DNA from: Bacteroidia bacterium
GTDB lineage: Bacteria; Bacteroidota; Bacteroidia; NS11-12g; UBA9320
Length of the DNA stretch: 64,000 nucleotides
Assembly: GCA_965216465.1 (NCBI GenBank)
Contig: CBDCFW010000006.1
Location: forward strand, 512,001-576,000
Direction of reading: 5' to 3'
Shown piece by piece: positions 1 through 9,817 of this stretch. The stretch's first letter is position 1. Each line of letters opens with the position of its first letter. The notes under the pieces are model-generated. The model did not search any database and was not told the origin of the DNA. It saw only the letters and a list, made by a program, of their open reading frames with translations. Position numbers and translations under genes: made by a program.

Positions 1-981
1 AGCAACATCAACGATCATATCCTCTTGACCTCCCACCATGTTTCTTCGGCCCAGTTCATTCAAGATATCTCGTGTATCAAGGCCATATTTCTGAGCAGCT
101 CTTTCACTGTGCAATAGGAAGCTAGAATAAACACCAGCGTAGCCTAAACTTAGTGTTTCTCGATCTACTCGTACCGGTCTTTCTTGCAATGGACGAATTA
201 CGTCATCCGCCAAATCCATCAACTTGAAAAGATCAGAACGATGTTCAGCATTCATTTTATTTAAGGTAGCGATTAGCACTTCTAGAGGACAGTTTCCTGC
301 ACCGGCACCCATACCCGCCAACGATGCATCTAAACGAGTTGCCCCATGCTGCATAGCAACAATGGTATTTGCAACACCAAGTCCTAAGTTATGATGACAA
401 TGGATACCTAGCTCGGTTTTATCATCCAGAACATCCTTAAATGCTTTTATTCTGTCTGCCACATCATCCATTAGTAGAGCTCCGGCACTATCTGTAACAT
501 AAACACAATCAGCACCATAGCTTTCCATTAGTTTGGCTTGTTCAGCAAGCTTAGTTGGTTCATTCATATGAGCCATCATCAAGAAACCTCCTACATCCAT
601 TCCTAGGTTTTTAGCGGCTTCAATATGTTGCTGTGAGATATCGGCTTCGGTACAATGTGTTGCCACTCGAACACTTCTAACCCCAAGTTCGTAAGCTTTT
701 TTGAGGTCTTCAATTGTACCAATACCCGGAATTAAAAGTGTGGTTAGAACGGCATGGTTCAAACGTTCCGCAACACCTTCCAACCAGTCCCAATCTGTAT
801 GAGCTCCAAAACCGTAGTTGAAAGAACCTCCTGAAAGTCCATCGCCGTGTGCGACCTCAATGGCATCAACACCAGCGTCGTCTAAAGCTATTGCAAGATC
901 TTTTAATTGTTGTTTTCCATATTGATGACGGATGGCATGCATTCCGTCTCGAAGCGTTACATCTTGTATATACAATTTCAT
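1..981 (-). CDS. mhpE: 4-hydroxy-2-oxovalerate aldolase (3' end runs off the window)
   Basis: Not in the ORF track. Manual translation from ATG 981 gives [21 protein letters not shown]...EVAHGDGL...[14 protein letters not shown]...[10 protein letters not shown]...[11 protein letters not shown], the DmpG/MhpE motifs; it lies directly downstream of mhpF. Confidence 0.95.
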   Translation of the reverse strand, partial: MKLYIQDVTLRDGMHAIRHQYGKQQLKDLAIALDDAGVDAIEVAHGDGLSGGSFNYGFGAHTDWDWLEGVAERLNHAVLTTLLIPGIGTIEDLKKAYELGVRSVRVATHCTEADISQQHIEAAKNLGMDVGGFLMMAHMNEPTKLAEQAKLMESYGADCVYVTDSAGALLMDDVADRIKAFKDVLDDKTELGIHCHHNLGLGVANTIVAMQHGATRLDASLAGMGAGAGNCPLEVLIATLNKMNAEHRSDLFKLMDLADDVIRPLQERPVRVDRETLSLGYAGVYSSFLLHSERAAQKYGLDTRDILNELGRRNMVGGQEDMIVDVA

Positions 982-990
982 GGCGTTCTT

Positions 991-1905
991 TTAATTTCTC
1001 ATCATTTTTTCTCCAACTGCAAGTGCGGCACTTGTCATAATATCTAAGTTTCCTGCATACTCAGGAAGGTAATGTCCGGCTCCAACCACTTTCAATAAAA
1101 CTGTGGTTTTAAGCCCTGATTTATATCCAATCCCTTCAATAAATACTGGTTCATCTTCTGGAATATCGTCGAATTGAACTTCTTGGTGCAGCTCGTAACC
1201 CGGAACATACTTTTGAACCTCCGCAACCATATCATGAACACTTTTACGAATGGCTTCTCTATCAGCTTGCTCGCTTAGTGTAAAAACCGTGTCGCGCATA
1301 ACCAATGGTGGTTCTGCAGGGTTCAAAATAATTATTGCTTTACCACGTGTAGCTCCACCGACCTTCTCAATTGCTTCAGAAGTGGTTTCGGTAAACTCAT
1401 CGATGTTTGCTCGGGTACCTGGTCCTGCAGACTTGCTTGCAATTGACGCAACAATCTCACCATAATGTACTTTAGCAACCCGGCTAACAGCTGCCACCAT
1501 AGGAATTGTAGCTTGACCACCGCAGGTAACCATATTTACATTTTGCTCATTCAAATTGAACTCCATATTAACGGCAGGAACTACATAAGGCCCAATTGCT
1601 GCAGGAGTTAGGTCAACCATTTTCTTCTCTGGAAATGCTTCTAACTTACCAAAGTTATAGTGATGAGCCTTTGCCGATGTTGCATCAAAAATTACATCAA
1701 TCTCATTCCAGATTGGCATATTTATTAATCCATCGATTCCTTCATGCGTAACTTCAACACCCATGCGTTTTGCACGAGCTAATCCGTCTGAATTAGGGTC
1801 GATACCAACCATGCACCCTATTTCAATAGTATCGGAAGTTCGCATGATTTTAATCATCAAGTCTGTTCCAATATTACCGCTTCCTATTATTGCTGCTTTT
1901 TTCAT
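991..1905 (-). CDS. mhpF: acetaldehyde dehydrogenase (acylating), DmpF/MhpF
   Basis: [11 protein letters not shown] Rossmann motif, [10 protein letters not shown] catalytic Cys, [22 protein letters not shown]. Confidence 0.96.
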   Translation of the reverse strand: MKKAAIIGSGNIGTDLMIKIMRTSDTIEIGCMVGIDPNSDGLARAKRMGVEVTHEGIDGLINMPIWNEIDVIFDATSAKAHHYNFGKLEAFPEKKMVDLTPAAIGPYVVPAVNMEFNLNEQNVNMVTCGGQATIPMVAAVSRVAKVHYGEIVASIASKSAGPGTRANIDEFTETTSEAIEKVGGATRGKAIIILNPAEPPLVMRDTVFTLSEQADREAIRKSVHDMVAEVQKYVPGYELHQEVQFDDIPEDEPVFIEGIGYKSGLKTTVLLKVVGAGHYLPEYAGNLDIMTSAALAVGEKMMRN

Positions 1906-1907
1906 TT

Positions 1908-2684
1908 CTAGTTTATCGTTACTGATACTTTTCCAAGACCTTCGATATCTGCCTCAAAATGGTCTCCTTTTTCAATAGGCACCATTGGACCGAGTGCTCC
2001 AGATAGTAAAACTTCACCTGCCTTTAGCGGCGTTCCGTTCTTAGCCATTATTTGAGCTAACCATAAGGCTGCATTTAGTGGATTATCCATACAAGCCTTT
2101 CCTGTTCCTTGCGATGCAATTTCTCCATTTTTAGTCATGCTCATGGCACAGTTCACTAAGTCTAAATCGTTGATTTTCAACCTTTTTTCACCTAATACAA
2201 AATGACTTGCACTTGCATTATCAGCAATGGTATCTGTGATACGAATATCCCAGTTCTCCACTCTGCTTCCCACCAATTCGATAGACGCCATTGCGTAATC
2301 AATTGCATCGACTAAAGAATCCATTGTAATGTTTTCAGACAAGTCTTTCTTCATTACAAAAGCAATTTCTGCCTCGGCTTTGGGTTGCATCATATTTTCG
2401 AAAGCCAGGCTTCCTCCGTTAGCCACTTCGGTCGAGTCGAACAGCATTCCATAATCCGGCTGATCTACACCCAATTGCTCTTGAACGGCAAATGAGGTTA
2501 AACCAATTTTCTTGCCTACTATCTTTTCGCCTCGCTGGACGCGCTTCTCTACATTTATCTGTTGCACTTTATACGCAGAATCAATATCCGTTGCACCAAT
2601 AAATGTTCTTACTGGAGCTACGGTCTGTTTAGATTCTGCCGAGTTCCAAAGTGAGTCAGCTGCTTGTTCTATTTGGTTTTGCAT
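1908..2684 (-). CDS. mhpD: 2-keto-4-pentenoate hydratase (FAH superfamily)
   Basis: [35 protein letters not shown] motifs; adjacent to mhpF/mhpE. Confidence 0.9.
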   Translation of the reverse strand: MQNQIEQAADSLWNSAESKQTVAPVRTFIGATDIDSAYKVQQINVEKRVQRGEKIVGKKIGLTSFAVQEQLGVDQPDYGMLFDSTEVANGGSLAFENMMQPKAEAEIAFVMKKDLSENITMDSLVDAIDYAMASIELVGSRVENWDIRITDTIADNASASHFVLGEKRLKINDLDLVNCAMSMTKNGEIASQGTGKACMDNPLNAALWLAQIMAKNGTPLKAGEVLLSGALGPMVPIEKGDHFEADIEGLGKVSVTIN

Positions 2685-2687
2685 AAT

Positions 2688-2736
2688 AAAAAATGGTTGC
2701 GAATTTGAATATCGAGACTCAAACCCACAACCATTT
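2688..2736 (-). terminator. 20-bp hairpin plus U tract between hppD and mhpD
   Basis: Minus strand AAATGGTTGTGGGTTTGAGT-CTCGAT-ATTCAAATTCGCAACCATTT(TTT) pairs fully using 4 G.U wobbles; those positions are mismatches on the plus strand. Confidence 0.65.
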
Positions 2737-2756
2737 GAATTGATTAGTTTATAAGG

Positions 2757-3890
2757 CTATAAGGTGCCTCTTAGTTCTTGTTCTCTTTCTATGGCTTCAA
2801 ATAAAGCTTTAAAGTTACCTTTTCCAAAAGAGGTTGCTCCTTTTCTTTGGATAATTTCAAAGAATAAAGTTGGTCTTGGCTCGATCGGTTTGGTAAAGAT
2901 TTGAAGTAAATATCCCTCATCATCACGGTCAATTAAAATACCCAATTCACGAAGTGGTTCTAAGTCTTCTTCAATTTCACCTACTCTATCTAAAACTACA
3001 TCGTAGTACGTGTCTGGCACTCTTAAGAACTCAACACCTCTGTTGCGTAATTCGGTAACGGTGTGAATGATATTATCAGTTGCAACGGCTACGTGTTGGA
3101 CACCTGGCCCCTCGTAGAAGTCTAAATATTCTTCAATCTGAGATTTCTTCTTTCCGTCGGCAGGTTCGTTGATTGGGAACTTAATTCTACCGTTTCCGTT
3201 GCTCATTACCTTACTCATAAGCGCAGTGTAATCGGTTGAGATATCTTTATCATCAAACGAAATAATTTGAGCAAATCCAAGAACTTCTTTGTAGTAGTTT
3301 ACCCACTCGTTCATTTTGCCTAGCTCAACATTTCCTACCATGTGATCAATGTATTTTAGGCCAATTTCTGTTGGATGATATGCTGATTCCCAAGCCTTAA
3401 ACCCAGGAAGGAAGGTACCATTGTAATCGTTTCTTTCGATGAACATATGAATGGTTTCACCGTAAGTATAAATTCCTGCTTTAACAATTTTACCATCTTT
3501 ATCTTCTTCAACAGTAGGAGCTAAAAAGTGTTTTCCTCCTCGTGCAACAGCTTCATTGTATGCTTTAGTTGCGTCGGGAACCCAAAGTGCAACAACCTTT
3601 ACACCATCTCCATGTTTTTCAATGTGTTGACCCATTTCGGTGCCGCTCTTTAAAGGAGAAGTAAGCACAAGTCTTATTTTATCTTGAACAACAACGTAAC
3701 TTTCGTAGTCTTGAACTCCAGTTTCTAATCCTGCATAGGCTAAATCTTGAAATCCGAAAGCGGTTTTATAAAAATGTGCTGCTTGCTTAGCGTTGCCAAC
3801 ATATAACTCGACATAGTCAGTGCCGAGAATTGGCATAAAGTCTTTTGCTTCGTCGTATAATTTTGGAAGCTCAATTGTATTTGGATTCAT
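2757..3890 (-). CDS. hppD: 4-hydroxyphenylpyruvate dioxygenase
   Basis: IDHMVGNV, KSQIEEYL, GVQHVA, LLQIFTKP, FFEIIQRKG..FGKGNFKALFEAIE motifs. ATG 3890 is preferred because a TACCTTTG -7 promoter at 3916-3909 overlaps the TTG start at 3911. Confidence 0.96.
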   Translation of the reverse strand: MNPNTIELPKLYDEAKDFMPILGTDYVELYVGNAKQAAHFYKTAFGFQDLAYAGLETGVQDYESYVVVQDKIRLVLTSPLKSGTEMGQHIEKHGDGVKVVALWVPDATKAYNEAVARGGKHFLAPTVEEDKDGKIVKAGIYTYGETIHMFIERNDYNGTFLPGFKAWESAYHPTEIGLKYIDHMVGNVELGKMNEWVNYYKEVLGFAQIISFDDKDISTDYTALMSKVMSNGNGRIKFPINEPADGKKKSQIEEYLDFYEGPGVQHVAVATDNIIHTVTELRNRGVEFLRVPDTYYDVVLDRVGEIEEDLEPLRELGILIDRDDEGYLLQIFTKPIEPRPTLFFEIIQRKGATSFGKGNFKALFEAIEREQELRGTL

Positions 3891-3939
3891 GGTTGGTTTC
3901 TTTGCGGACAAAGGTAGTTTTTTTGCCTAAAAATGGCCA

Positions 3940-4386
3940 CTATTCTCGGCTTTTAGAGTCTATGAATATGGTTACTGGCCCATCATTCACAAGATGAATC
4001 TGCATATGTGCACCGAAAACTCCAGTTTGTACATTGCAATGTTGTTGGGCTAGCTTTATAAACTGCTCATACAACGGAATAGCGGTTTCAGGTCTAGCCG
4101 AGCGTATAAACGACGGGCGATTCCCTTTTTTCGTACTGGCATGCAAGGTAAATTGACTAACGGCCATCAGACTTCCGTTTACATCTTTCAAACTGAGATT
4201 CATTTTTCCTTCCTGGTCAGAAAAAATGCGCATTTGCACTATTTTGTTGACCATGTATTGCACATCATCATTTTGATCGTCATGTTCAATACCTAGCAGC
4301 ACTACCAATCCATGCTCAATTGATGAATACTCTTTGCCTTCAATATCTAGGCTTGCTGAAGATACTCGTTGAATAATAGCTCGCAC
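3940..4386 (-). CDS. dtd: D-aminoacyl-tRNA deacylase
   Basis: MRAIIQRV, GKMN, VSQFTL, KGNRPSF, NDGPVT motifs. Confidence 0.96.
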   Translation of the reverse strand: MRAIIQRVSSASLDIEGKEYSSIEHGLVVLLGIEHDDQNDDVQYMVNKIVQMRIFSDQEGKMNLSLKDVNGSLMAVSQFTLHASTKKGNRPSFIRSARPETAIPLYEQFIKLAQQHCNVQTGVFGAHMQIHLVNDGPVTIFIDSKSRE

Positions 4387-4419
4387 CGTGGCAAGGTATT
4401 GTTATCGAAGAATTTATAC

Positions 4420-4446
4420 AAAAAAATCCGCCCCAAATGGGACGGA
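4420..4446 (-). terminator. intrinsic terminator
   Basis: Minus strand TCCGTCCC-ATTT-GGGGCGGA followed by a T7 run; one G.U pair works only on the minus strand. Confidence 0.75.
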
Positions 4447-4447
4447 C

Positions 4448-4516
4448 TTATGAAGTTAACAGAACGTACAGGGGAGTCAACTTATGCTGAGTAGTAGAGT
4501 AGCATGCATCACTCAT
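4448..4516 (-). other. candidate 22-aa small ORF (MSDACYSTTQHKLTPLYVLLTS) or structured sRNA
   Basis: ATG preceded by A-rich ACAACAAAAC and a GAAGTTTG promoter-like element; the stop is immediately followed by the terminator. Confidence 0.3.
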
Positions 4517-4652
4517 GTTTTGTTGTCAGCAAACTTCGATGCAACAAGTTGATGAATTTGTAGTAAAATTTCTACATCATTAAGTTTGGATGTAACACGT
4601 TGATTTTCAACGATTTTAAATCGCCAATTAGAAAAACTTTTTGTGTGAAGAT

Positions 4653-5018
4653 CTACTCTTCTGTCTTCTCTCGATAGTCAAGAAAAATGATAATGCATGC
4701 AAGCTGATTATCAGAAAGGTCTTCTAAACGACCGTGGGTATCAGAGTTGTTCATGTGCCAGCGCAAGTTATAATCACGCAGCTCATTCTTACTAAAGTTA
4801 GGGATTGAAGATTTACCTTTATGTGTAATACCATGACAGGTTCCGCAATACTTTTTGTACTCGCGCAAACCAACTTCAGCCATTTCTGCATACTCTTCAA
4901 TTTGAGCTTCCGACGCTCCTTCAGGCCAATTGTATTGTGGCACGTAAGTCTTTGTTTTGCAATTTTGAGCAAGAATTGCAATTAGAGTAATGGCTGAAAT
5001 GATGATTCCCTTTTTCAT
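4653..5018 (-). CDS. small monoheme c-type cytochrome, probable lipoprotein
   Basis: Signal peptide ending in AQNC; single CGTCH heme motif; its start directly abuts the stop of the upstream peroxidase. Confidence 0.75.
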   Translation of the reverse strand: MKKGIIISAITLIAILAQNCKTKTYVPQYNWPEGASEAQIEEYAEMAEVGLREYKKYCGTCHGITHKGKSSIPNFSKNELRDYNLRWHMNNSDTHGRLEDLSDNQLACIIIFLDYREKTEE

Positions 5019-6908
5019 TTAATATTCGGTTTTGCGTTTTTTAAGTTTCCATCGTCCTCGAGGTAACTTCATATCTTTTGTTTCTAATTCGTAGCCTTCA
5101 TCCAATGCCTTTAAAAAAGTAACGACTTTAGCAATTTCATCTTTCGTAAGGTTCAACTTTTCGCTGTTAAGTGTCTGATTATCTACAACTAACCCCTTGC
5201 CAGCCCCTCCTCCTTCGTTGTAAAAATCAACAACTTCTTCGAGCGTTTCAAAAACCCCATTGTGCATGTAAGGCTGAGTGCAAGATAAGTTTCTTAATGT
5301 AGGTGTACGAAAAGCATTGGTCATTTCTGCTACGTTATGTACATCGCCCCTGCCCAAATCTTCGCTCAAAGCTGAAAATAAAGTATCTTTAGGAGTCCCA
5401 ATAACTTCAAATTCTGACCCTACATAAGGAGGTTTAACACCATTAAATTCGGGTAAGAAATGACAGGTGCCGCATTCTGCTTTGCTCATAAATAAATTGT
5501 AACCCTGCTGAACCTCGTTAGGTAACTCAATTTCATTGTTTATCACTTGATCAAATGGAGCTTTACGTTCATCAAAGCTGCTGTAATAGTAAATTAATGC
5601 TGAATAAATATGGTCTACAGATAGCTCATCATTCAACACCTTGCTGCTTAAGTATTTGAACTCTTTGCGGTAATGCTTAATCTTCATTACCTCTTTAAAA
5701 ACCTCACCTTTTGTACTTCCCATCTCCTTTTGGTTGTGGATTACATCATTCGCCTGACGCAAGGGGTGAATGTGGCGACCATCGAGCATGAGTAAGTGAT
5801 TATTTAGAACACCCAAAAGTGAAGGAGTATTTCGTTCAAGTCGATTTACACCGTCATAACTCATTGATGTTTTAACCTCATTTTCGGTAAAACAGTCAGA
5901 AGGTTTGTGGCAAGAAATGCAGCTTCGTTGATTATTTCCAGACAGCACCGGATCGTAAAATAACAATTCTCCTAAATCCCAAAGTCGTTGTTTATCAGCG
6001 TCTTGGTCTAAGCCTTTAAATAAGCCCATGGTCTCTTGTGCTCGATACACATTCTGACCGAAAATTGATGTCGCTTGAGGATTCAATGAAAAGTCATTTA
6101 CATTGCTTGTCTTTAAACCAAGGTCTTGTATCCGCCTTTGCACCGCTCCATAAAGTGGATTGATATAATGTCTCAAAAAGATGAAATGGTCGAAGAGCTC
6201 AAAGTCTTTCGGTTGACGCTTCACGAATTGAATTGCTGACTCTAATCCCTCCATGTAAACTTCAGAAAAGCTGTAGGATGGATAATTGTCATTGTATAAA
6301 CTCAGTACTTCATGTGTACTCTCCATCATTGCTTGTAATTCAACTATTACACTGTCCGTATTTGGACATTCGAAACCTGTCGTGTAAATGGAGGCAAGGT
6401 TAAGGAGCCAGAGCCTATTCGCATAATGCATTTGCTGCGGATCATGCTTTATGTAGAAATCTGAAGTATCTGCTATCTGCTTCAATGCCAATAAAGATTG
6501 TTTAAGCAGATTAGCTGCTGAGTCTTTATCGTAGTCTTCTTCAAGATACAATTCGAACAAGGTAAGTCCTGCACCTTTTCGTTCATAGGGGCTTTCCCAT
6601 TTTTCTAACACCTCAACTTCCCACTCTACCGGTAAAGGTGCATTGAGCTTCTTGTAGGCAATAGGATGAAAATAACGTAGCCAGATATCAGCTGCTTTTA
6701 ATGATGTGCGAGCATTGTGAAGTTGATCACGTATTTCTTGCTCAGGTCGTTCATTTTCAACGACTTGCTGTAATTTATAAATGTCAGCAACAACCCGCTC
6801 AAGTGAATTGTAGTACTTTTCAGAGTAGCTGTTTTCCGCCTGTCGTTCATACCGAGCAGAGAGAAAAACAAATCCCAAAAGCGTGATAAGAATGATTGAC
6901 TTTTTCAC
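5019..6908 (-). CDS. di-heme cytochrome c peroxidase / MauG-family protein with long N-terminal extension
   Basis: LGELLFYDPVLSGN..SCISCH, RNTPSL, second CGTCH, AFRTPTLRN, PYMHNG..TLEEVVDFY; signal peptide. Confidence 0.88.
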   Translation of the reverse strand: MKKSIILITLLGFVFLSARYERQAENSYSEKYYNSLERVVADIYKLQQVVENERPEQEIRDQLHNARTSLKAADIWLRYFHPIAYKKLNAPLPVEWEVEVLEKWESPYERKGAGLTLFELYLEEDYDKDSAANLLKQSLLALKQIADTSDFYIKHDPQQMHYANRLWLLNLASIYTTGFECPNTDSVIVELQAMMESTHEVLSLYNDNYPSYSFSEVYMEGLESAIQFVKRQPKDFELFDHFIFLRHYINPLYGAVQRRIQDLGLKTSNVNDFSLNPQATSIFGQNVYRAQETMGLFKGLDQDADKQRLWDLGELLFYDPVLSGNNQRSCISCHKPSDCFTENEVKTSMSYDGVNRLERNTPSLLGVLNNHLLMLDGRHIHPLRQANDVIHNQKEMGSTKGEVFKEVMKIKHYRKEFKYLSSKVLNDELSVDHIYSALIYYYSSFDERKAPFDQVINNEIELPNEVQQGYNLFMSKAECGTCHFLPEFNGVKPPYVGSEFEVIGTPKDTLFSALSEDLGRGDVHNVAEMTNAFRTPTLRNLSCTQPYMHNGVFETLEEVVDFYNEGGGAGKGLVVDNQTLNSEKLNLTKDEIAKVVTFLKALDEGYELETKDMKLPRGRWKLKKRKTEY

Positions 6909-6989
6909 GAACTATACAAAGAAATCAGAATTATTGAAGCAAGTACTGCAATTCTCACTTAGGTTTCTAAACAAGATTTGGACAACCAA

Positions 6990-9776
6990 CTATGCGGACA
7001 GCTCCTTAGGCAAGCTAAGATTTATGCTATGCCCCATCTCCTCATACTTTTCAATGTGCAATTCGCCCCCAAGTTTATCCAATAGCTCTTTGATCAAAAT
7101 TGTTCCAAGCCCCCCAGTCATGCGAACCATTCTGCTTTCGTCACTTCTCGATTTAAAATACTGATTTACTTCTTCCATTCCTTCAAAAGGTGAAGCAGCA
7201 TTAATGATTTTCAACTCAATGAAATGATCTTCTTCATCAGCTAGTAAGCTAATATTTGACGCCTGGCTGTGCTTAAGCTCGTTCTCCAATAAATTCTGCA
7301 AGATGGATCGAAGCATGTGTTCATCCGATTCGATTGAAAGCGTGGGATCAACTTCATTGGTGAAGCTTCCATTTTTCATTTTAGAATTAAAACGAAGTAA
7401 GTGTAAGACATCATCAAGCAGTTTTTTAATTCTAATTTTTTGCGGTTGTAGTCTTAAATCATTTCGCTGAGTCTTGGCCCAATCTAACGTGTTTTGTAAC
7501 GAAAGTTCAATATTGTCACTTGCATCGATCATGTGAGCAATGCTGGATTCTTGTTGTTCTGGATTGCCAACTGCGTTCCGTCCCACAATCGAAAGTGAGC
7601 GAATTGAGCCCATAATATCATGCGAAATCAGTCCAATAATCTTTTCACGAAACACCATCTGTTTTACAACTTGTTCTTGACTTGCTTCCAAACGTCCTGC
7701 ATAATCCTGCAGTGAATCGAATTGGTCTTGTAAATCTCCTTTTTGACGATCTACTTCTTCTTGAAGAGAAATTGCGCGTTTTCTGAGTTGAGCAAGACGC
7801 AATCTTACAAATAAGATGACAAGACCGATACCGCTTAGCCACATCCCTAATTTGGCCCAATTCGTCTGATACCAAAGCGGAAGCACATTCAACCCTACAA
7901 TCAATTCATCCGCAACACCCTCATATGTAATCAGCTGTATACTAAGCTTGTAAGAGCCATGATGAAGACTACGAAAAACCAAGTTTTCATTCTCTTCGAG
8001 ATAAACCCAAGGAGATGATTTGCCTAATCGGTATCTTATTTGGGCATTGTTATAATGATTAAAATAGAGGCCTCTATTTTCGAATCGAATAGGTTCTTCA
8101 TCCTGATCAAAATTTAATTGAGATTTATTTGCAACAACATCGTTCTTATGAGTAAAATGCAAGATCTGATTTGTATAGCGATGAACCTTGTTGGGATTAA
8201 AATAGGTTAACCCTTTTATAGTCGGCAAGATGATTAAATCTGAATTGACTAGTGTACCACAATCATTAGCTCCTCCATTAAATTCATTGGTTACTAACCC
8301 ACTTGATCGGTCAAAATAGGCTGCTCCAATATAGTCGGATTTATTTCGAATAAACTCATAAATCTGACTCATTTTAATGTTGAACAATCCATTGTTTGTG
8401 GTTACCCATAGGGTGTTTTGATAATCTTTTAAAAGTCTATGTGCATCGTTTATCTCTTTAAATTGGCTAACTGGAAGCTTAGTTATTTCACCTTTTGCTA
8501 ACACTAAAAGACCATTGTTTGCGGTAGCCAATAACAAGGTGTCTTCTCCCAGAATTAAAAGGTCGCGAATGGCATACTCAAAAGTCTTCAGGTAAGGTTC
8601 AATTTTCTCCCCTTTACAAAAATAAAGACCTCGATTTCCGGCTATCAATATTCCTCCATTCATAGTCCATAACCCTTTTATGTAATTCTTAAATCGCTCT
8701 TCGAGCACATAACTGGAATCTTCAAAAGGATTGGTCATTTTGCCCAGATAACCAATCCATAAATGGTTTTCCTCATCGACGATCATATTGCTTTTTGGGT
8801 GCCAGTTGTAATGAGGACGAATCAGCTTCCAAGACCAACCTTTCTTTTTATAAAGTCCACTGTCATTAACCATGTATAGCTCATCGTTGTATTTGATTTT
8901 TGCATACCCATTTAGATGATAGGTTGAGTCGAGCAGCTTTAATTCTCCATCAACGATTAGATGTGTTCGATGACTAAAAACTGTATCGTTATGAACAATT
9001 ACTGAGTAGTTTGACTGGGCTCTAAATTCTGGAGAATAAGTCGTTCTAAATGGTTGATAGTCTACAATTTGTATCCCTAAATTTTTATCGATTAAAACCA
9101 ATTTCCCAATGTTTTTTGCCAGCTGAATCGATCTAATGTTTTCAAATGGTACATCGGCTACAACCTGAGTTAGCTTCCAGCTGTTGCCGCTTTTTTGAAG
9201 CTGGTAAATGGTTCGATCATGAAACATTAGCGTTGGGGAGCTTGCGTTTATTTTAGGAAGAAAAAACAGCTTAGTTGAATCGTCAGTTTGAAAACTCTTT
9301 ATGTGCTTCTTTTGATTGTTTAGTTTATAGAAAATATTAGCACCTTCAATAAAACAGGTTAAACCGTTGTGGCTTACTGTTTTTGGTGTGCTGACTGGCT
9401 GAGGAGGAAGCGAATCTATTACCCCGTCTTGTAACTTGTAAAATTCGCCACGGTAAATGTTCCCAAATACATGATAGTTACCGTCGGCTTTTTCTATAAT
9501 GTATTCTCTATCATCTCGATCAACTATGTAAAAGTGACCCGTTCGATTAAGACCATTGACTGAATAAACCTTTTTGTTCTTGCCATCGTACCGAATGAGT
9601 TCATTCTGTTGGGTAAAAATCCATAAAAATCCATGTTTTCCGACATAGACATGTAAGGCAGATTGCGTATAAACTTCGAGTTGATCGATAGCCCGCCATT
9701 GGGCAGAAGAAGCGATGGAGGTTACAACTAGCCAGCAACACAACAATCCCTTTTTCAAGAAAGTTGAAATGCACAT
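6990..9776 (-). CDS. sensor histidine kinase with periplasmic beta-propeller/Y_Y_Y-like sensor region
   Basis: Signal peptide, LW(V/I)xT..GL propeller repeats, GLVTNEFNG, PLWYQT plus a TM helix, H-box SHDI, N-box NLLENELKH, GGLG G2 box. Confidence 0.85.
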   Translation of the reverse strand: MCISTFLKKGLLCCWLVVTSIASSAQWRAIDQLEVYTQSALHVYVGKHGFLWIFTQQNELIRYDGKNKKVYSVNGLNRTGHFYIVDRDDREYIIEKADGNYHVFGNIYRGEFYKLQDGVIDSLPPQPVSTPKTVSHNGLTCFIEGANIFYKLNNQKKHIKSFQTDDSTKLFFLPKINASSPTLMFHDRTIYQLQKSGNSWKLTQVVADVPFENIRSIQLAKNIGKLVLIDKNLGIQIVDYQPFRTTYSPEFRAQSNYSVIVHNDTVFSHRTHLIVDGELKLLDSTYHLNGYAKIKYNDELYMVNDSGLYKKKGWSWKLIRPHYNWHPKSNMIVDEENHLWIGYLGKMTNPFEDSSYVLEERFKNYIKGLWTMNGGILIAGNRGLYFCKGEKIEPYLKTFEYAIRDLLILGEDTLLLATANNGLLVLAKGEITKLPVSQFKEINDAHRLLKDYQNTLWVTTNNGLFNIKMSQIYEFIRNKSDYIGAAYFDRSSGLVTNEFNGGANDCGTLVNSDLIILPTIKGLTYFNPNKVHRYTNQILHFTHKNDVVANKSQLNFDQDEEPIRFENRGLYFNHYNNAQIRYRLGKSSPWVYLEENENLVFRSLHHGSYKLSIQLITYEGVADELIVGLNVLPLWYQTNWAKLGMWLSGIGLVILFVRLRLAQLRKRAISLQEEVDRQKGDLQDQFDSLQDYAGRLEASQEQVVKQMVFREKIIGLISHDIMGSIRSLSIVGRNAVGNPEQQESSIAHMIDASDNIELSLQNTLDWAKTQRNDLRLQPQKIRIKKLLDDVLHLLRFNSKMKNGSFTNEVDPTLSIESDEHMLRSILQNLLENELKHSQASNISLLADEEDHFIELKIINAASPFEGMEEVNQYFKSRSDESRMVRMTGGLGTILIKELLDKLGGELHIEKYEEMGHSINLSLPKELSA

Positions 9777-9817
9777 AGTAGTGCCTCAAATTTAAGTTCA
9801 AAATTTGGATTACCAAT

